Shown one piece after another: positions 50,454 through 54,555 of a DNA stretch of 54,555 nucleotides. The stretch lies in the IMG/VR virus record IMGVR_UViG_3300037153_000401, positions 1 to 54,555 of that record, one strand, 5' to 3'. A program made the translations under genes and the position numbers. The stretch comes from a virus. Lineage: Duplodnaviria; Caudoviricetes. The notes beneath the pieces are model-generated. The model saw only the letters and a program-made list of their open reading frames with translations, was not told where the DNA came from and did no database searches. Each line of letters starts with the position of its first letter. The stretch's first letter is position 1.

Positions 50454-52286
50454 TTACTCCGATGAAAGAATCGCTGAGCACAGCGCCTGTGCGAGGCCGA
50501 CGGCCACGGCATTGCCGATTTGTTTGACCTTCTGCTCGCGATTACCAACGAAGTGGTAGGTCTTCGGGAAGCCCATCGCCATCGCGAGTTCGTGCGGCTG
50601 GAGCATCCTGAAATGGACATCAAGAAGCGCGATCTCCTCGCCCGGCTTCAATTCGGGAATGACCAGACCGAACCGATCCTTTCCGGTCACGGTGTCGAGC
50701 GGGTCGTCTATAGATTGCGCCCCGGCCGTGCCGTTATATTTCACGAGATAGGGCTGCACGAGACCGTGTGCGCCGCCCTTAGCCGTCGTAATCGTGTTCA
50801 GCGGTTTATCGATGGACCTCACGTGGCCGCCGTGTTCCATCGCCACAAGGAACGGCTGAACCAATCCGAGATGATCGCGGGTCACCACCGTGTTGAGTGG
50901 TTCGTCCGTGCTGCGTGGCGCGATGTCTCGGCCGCCCGAATTGATAATGAAGGGTTGGACAAGGCCAAAGTGGTTCGACGTGACGAGCGTCGGAAGCGGC
51001 TCGTCAACGCTGGCGTTGCGCTGGTCGCCGTCTTTGCGACCCTCGTGGTTCCCGTTGTAGCGGACTAAAAACGGCTGCGCCAGACCAAAGTGTTGACCAT
51101 TTGCCGCCAGCGTCCGCAATGGCTCATCAAGAGATTGCGCATCTGCGTTATTGCGCAAGACGACCAGAAACGGCCGACAAAGCGCGTGATGCATTCCTTT
51201 CGTGGTTATAGTTGACAGTGGCGCATCAATCGAGCGGGCGTCCTGACCGTTGCGCAGCTCAACGATAAACGGCTGAGCGAGGCCGTAATGCTCATAGTTG
51301 GCCGTGATCGCCGGCAGAGGCTCGTCAACGGATTGCGCGTCGTGCCCGCCGTAATACTTCACCAAGAAGAGTTGAATCAGAGCGCCCGCGCCATGCGAAG
51401 TGACCGCGGGGAGAGGCTTATCAATTGAGTGGTTTCGCGGCTTCTGCCCTTCGCGCTCGCCAAAGTTCGGTACGATGAAGGGCAGCCCGCAAAACTTCTG
51501 AAGTCCCGCCCAGATTCTGGCCAACGTGTTGGGACTGAGCGGTCTTTTGCGTGTAAAAATTGACTCGCTCGGGATCTCCCAATCAATGATATCGCGCGCG
51601 GGTCTATGCGGCTGCAGCTTCGGCATCTCGAAGAGCGTGCGAGTTCCATTGCCGTTCGTCTTCGCTTTCGACGCCGGCGCGTGCGTTGGCTCGGGCCAGC
51701 AGATCGCCTTCCGGCCGCGTCGAGCCTGGATAAACAATCGCTCTCGTGATGTCGGATCGCCGAAGTCGGCGGCGTTCAGAATGCGGTCTTCGACCGTGTA
51801 GCCGAGCGCGCGCAGGGCGTTCAGAAAAGCGAAGTACGTTTCACCGCGGCGCTTCTTTAGCGGCCGGCCGTTGACGCCGAGCGGCCCCCAGGTCCGGAAC
51901 TCTTTCACGTTCTCGATCAGGACGTGGTCAACTGTGATCTGTGAGCACCATTCGACAATGCGCCAGGCGCTCGCCCGGGATTGATCGTTGATCGGTTTGC
52001 CGCCTCGGGCGATTGAATGATGCGTACATTCCGGGCTCGCGACCAGCAGGTTGAGCCTGCCGCCTGGAACGATCGTTCGCGGATCTACGGACTCAAGAAG
52101 CGCGCACACGTGATCGGCCTCCGGATGATTCGCCGTGTGTGTGCTGATCGCGATCTCCCAGTGATTGACCGCGATCAGTTTCAGGTGAATTCCCTGCCGC
52201 TCGCAGGCTTGCCGCAGGCCGCTACTGGTCCCACCGGCGCCGCAGAAGAGATCAGCCGCAATGATTTGTTTTGACTTTCTCACCAC
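50454..52286 (-). CDS. DNA (cytosine-5) methyltransferase with repeated variable region
   Basis: Motif I DLFCGAGG, IV SPECTHHS, VI ENV, VIII RER, X QIGNAV; no partner restriction enzyme seen. Confidence 0.92.
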   Translation of the reverse strand: MVRKSKQIIAADLFCGAGGTSSGLRQACERQGIHLKLIAVNHWEIAISTHTANHPEADHVCALLESVDPRTIVPGGRLNLLVASPECTHHSIARGGKPINDQSRASAWRIVEWCSQITVDHVLIENVKEFRTWGPLGVNGRPLKKRRGETYFAFLNALRALGYTVEDRILNAADFGDPTSRERLFIQARRGRKAICWPEPTHAPASKAKTNGNGTRTLFEMPKLQPHRPARDIIDWEIPSESIFTRKRPLSPNTLARIWAGLQKFCGLPFIVPNFGEREGQKPRNHSIDKPLPAVTSHGAGALIQLFLVKYYGGHDAQSVDEPLPAITANYEHYGLAQPFIVELRNGQDARSIDAPLSTITTKGMHHALCRPFLVVLRNNADAQSLDEPLRTLAANGQHFGLAQPFLVRYNGNHEGRKDGDQRNASVDEPLPTLVTSNHFGLVQPFIINSGGRDIAPRSTDEPLNTVVTRDHLGLVQPFLVAMEHGGHVRSIDKPLNTITTAKGGAHGLVQPYLVKYNGTAGAQSIDDPLDTVTGKDRFGLVIPELKPGEEIALLDVHFRMLQPHELAMAMGFPKTYHFVGNREQKVKQIGNAVAVGLAQALCSAILSSE

Positions 52287-52651
52287 AAATCCCCCGTGTA
52301 GCGAAAGCCTTGGAATCCGCGCCTAGCGATCGGCTCCGGCGGGCGGCTAACAGGCCCCGTGCAAACCGCCCAGAACTTCGAAGTGCGGGTAACGCCGTCC
52401 CAGCATTTCAGCCGTAGCGCATCGCCACCCTTAACGTACTCGGCTATATTGAGTCTCACTTCGACCTTGCCCTCGACCAGCAGGTACATATGCAAGACAT
52501 CAGTCTTTGGCAGCGCCGGCAGGGCGATGTAAATCATCTCGACCTCGCCGCGATCCATGCCTTTAATCGAAGCCTCGTAGCGATCGCGGCCGACGTGGCC
52601 CGGTTCAAGGCTCGGCAGTGTGCGGATGATCCCAGTCGGACGTTCTTTCAC
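52280..52651 (-). CDS. Hypothetical protein
   Basis: GTGA overlap; ends RGFQGFRY. Confidence 0.65.
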   Translation of the reverse strand: MKERPTGIIRTLPSLEPGHVGRDRYEASIKGMDRGEVEMIYIALPALPKTDVLHMYLLVEGKVEVRLNIAEYVKGGDALRLKCWDGVTRTSKFWAVCTGPVSRPPEPIARRGFQGFRYTGDLW

Positions 52652-53562
52652 TGAACTACCTCCGGGAAAGCACTATATTCGACGCCGTCGAGCAACCGCC
52701 CAGCAACCTTCTTCCCGACGCGAAACATCGAGGCTACGCTGCCGTTGTGATCCAGGTTCTGGCCTGCCGTGCTGACCTTCGAAGCTACGATCCACTCCGG
52801 CGACGAAGCGTCGTAGTTGCTCGGCCACCACTCGCCATTCTGTTTGTGGAAGTAAGCCACGTGGGCGTCAAGACACTGGTCACGAAGGGCGCGAAACCAA
52901 TCCGGATGAGACGGTCTCGCGTTCGGGCCGGATTCCCCGCCTGTGATCACCCAATTCACTCTCGGATCAGCGCACCAGCAAGTTGACGGATCAAGACAGG
53001 ATTCGCATCGCAAATAGCGAGATACGTCTATCGGTCCGAGTAGCGGCTCGCAGCTTAGGAATCGAACAACGGCCGGAATCTTGAGCAATTCAGGAATCCG
53101 CTTGTCGGCCATTTCCTGATTCTCGACCGTTGTCCCCAACCAGACGTGGGGCCACATATCGGCGTCCGGCGCGATCCAGTCGTGCGGCCATAACCGCACG
53201 ATGTTCTCTGGACGCTTGGTGAGGAGAAGCCAGTCAAGCGCTGGCGTGTCAGCGATAAGCGAGAACAACTCGTATCGCCATTTGCGTAGCTCCTCGCGAT
53301 CCTCGAAAACATCAGCCAGGCTCGCGCAGAACACGCGCCGGCGCTCTCCCGATTTCTCTGCCTCTCGGTTCCATATCAACGGCTCTCGCCAATAACTCTC
53401 GCTCGTTCGGCGACGCTTAGCCTGATCGCCCCACTGGACGAGGCCCGAGCGCTTCGCCCAGGCCTCGGCATAGCAGTTAGCGCAGGCCGATGAGACCTTG
53501 CTACAACCCAGCCAGGGATTCCAAGAATGGTGACACCATTCGATCTTAGAATTTGCGCCCAT
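52648..53562 (-). CDS. Phage Gp37/Gp68 (DUF5131) family protein
   Basis: SKIEWCHHSWNPWLGCSKVSSACANCYA, VFCASLADVF, LTKRP, FLSCEPLLG, WVITGGESG. Confidence 0.92.
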   Translation of the reverse strand: MGANSKIEWCHHSWNPWLGCSKVSSACANCYAEAWAKRSGLVQWGDQAKRRRTSESYWREPLIWNREAEKSGERRRVFCASLADVFEDREELRKWRYELFSLIADTPALDWLLLTKRPENIVRLWPHDWIAPDADMWPHVWLGTTVENQEMADKRIPELLKIPAVVRFLSCEPLLGPIDVSRYLRCESCLDPSTCWCADPRVNWVITGGESGPNARPSHPDWFRALRDQCLDAHVAYFHKQNGEWWPSNYDASSPEWIVASKVSTAGQNLDHNGSVASMFRVGKKVAGRLLDGVEYSAFPEVVQ

Positions 53563-53992
53563 CGCATTCTCCCTTCTCACCACGTTCCAAAGTCCGCAGC
53601 GTCGCGAGCGCGGCTTCCATCGCCGCGTTCTCCCCTTCGATCCTGTTTTTAGCCTCTTCCAGTTGGGCGGCCCCGATGAGATGCGACATAAGCGCGTGAG
53701 CGCGCGGGTGATGCGCGCGGCGCATCTTGATCACGCTCTCGACGGCCTTGATCTGATCGGCGAGTGTGATTTCAGCCACGTGACGCGGCTTTTCTTCGGT
53801 GAGCGCAAACACCGGATCATGTTTGGCCATATGTTTTAGCCCGCATGCCTCGCAGGGTCTGGCGGGATTCGCCGCGCTCGTGTCGCCGCCGAAGCAGCCG
53901 CACGCGGGCAGCAGGCAATCGTCATTGGGCGTTACCAGCCAATGGCGATTACAAATCGGGCAAGTGCTTTCGCCTGCATTCATCTCAGCCAT
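53546..53992 (-). CDS. Hypothetical protein
   Basis: Cys-rich N-terminus; SD GGAGG before ATG 53992. Confidence 0.6.
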   Translation of the reverse strand: MAEMNAGESTCPICNRHWLVTPNDDCLLPACGCFGGDTSAANPARPCEACGLKHMAKHDPVFALTEEKPRHVAEITLADQIKAVESVIKMRRAHHPRAHALMSHLIGAAQLEEAKNRIEGENAAMEAALATLRTLERGEKGECDGRKF

Positions 53993-54239
53993 ACGCCACC
54001 TCCACGCCGATCTGCGCGAGCAGCTCCTTGACCGCCTCGAAGGCCGTCGGCCCGGTAACGGGCAGATAGAGATATCGCTCGTCATTCCTGAAGGTCGCGA
54101 TGCATGCGTCGCTTTTGCGCGAATGCTCGATATCGATCTTCAGCTCATCGACCATCGCCCAGGCTTCCGCCGGCGTAATCGCCTGCTCCGGCCGTATCGC
54201 CTCAGCTTTCGCTGTCGCCGTCGCTGTTACGTTGTTCAA
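53985..54239 (-). CDS. Hypothetical protein
   Basis: SD AAGGAGG before TTG. Confidence 0.55.
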   Translation of the reverse strand: MNNVTATATAKAEAIRPEQAITPAEAWAMVDELKIDIEHSRKSDACIATFRNDERYLYLPVTGPTAFEAVKELLAQIGVEVAYG

Positions 54240-54555
54240 TTTGCGCCTCCTTCGTTTTGTGACAGTTGCAAGAGCAAACCAGCGTCGCGCCGTCGCGGCT
54301 GACCCGCCGCTTGCAGTATTTGTGTTCGCCAGCGTGGCAGCCGAGCATCACGTACTCTCCGCGCGCCGACAGGTAAGTCGCTTGGATCAGAAAGAACTCC
54401 CGCCGGGCCGAGTGGATAGCGCCGACCAGGTCGCGGTCGCGATCGTCTGGCGCATGGGCGATGTCGGGGTCCTCGACGATGCGCTGCGCCCGCTCGATCG
54501 TGAGCGCGCGGACGCGCTCTTTCGTGGCCAGGTACAGGGCCTCGACGTCGCCGGT
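54202..54555 (-). CDS. Partial hypothetical protein entering from the right edge
   Basis: Open frame from the edge: TGDVEALYL...CHAGEHKYC...CSCNCH. Confidence 0.5.
   Translation of the reverse strand, partial: TGDVEALYLATKERVRALTIERAQRIVEDPDIAHAPDDRDRDLVGAIHSARREFFLIQATYLSARGEYVMLGCHAGEHKYCKRRVSRDGATLVCSCNCHKTKEAQIEQRNSDGDSES

Larger units (their letters stand above)
136..54555. mobile_element. Prophage with podovirus-like virion module, incomplete at right edge
   Basis: Terminase, portal, scaffold, capsid, ejection proteins with a transglycosylase domain, endolysin, and many short overlapping phage-type ORFs; no tape measure or tail sheath recognised. Confidence 0.93.

Overview
Almost the whole window is one temperate phage with podovirus-like gene content and order. 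Its left end appears to interrupt a host acetamidase/formamidase gene at about 130, and it runs off the right edge. The left arm (+ strand, 0.2-9.8 kb) has ParB-like genes, an iteron-like repeat, a metalloprotease, a P-loop kinase, a deoxyribosyltransferase-like gene, a tyrosine recombinase and a higBA module. The long - strand arm has DNA-modification genes (DUF5131, a C5 methyltransferase, a DndC-like PAPS reductase), lysis genes, terminase, portal, scaffold, capsid, tail and ejection proteins. The standout is a compact phage-borne type V CRISPR locus: a ~576-aa TnpB/Cas12-family RuvC protein with Cas12m (V-U1)-like motifs but an apparently intact D-E-D triad. Five bp after its stop codon lies an array of 20 identical 36-bp repeats and 19 distinct spacers, with no cas1/cas2/cas4, no intergenic leader and no visible tracrRNA. 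Also notable are several G:U-supported tandem-hairpin/U-tract elements heading late genes, 22-bp-period direct repeats beside an Xis/MerR-like HTH gene, and a signal-peptide-bearing tail-fibre-like protein. All family assignments come from motif recognition by eye; no database searches were run.
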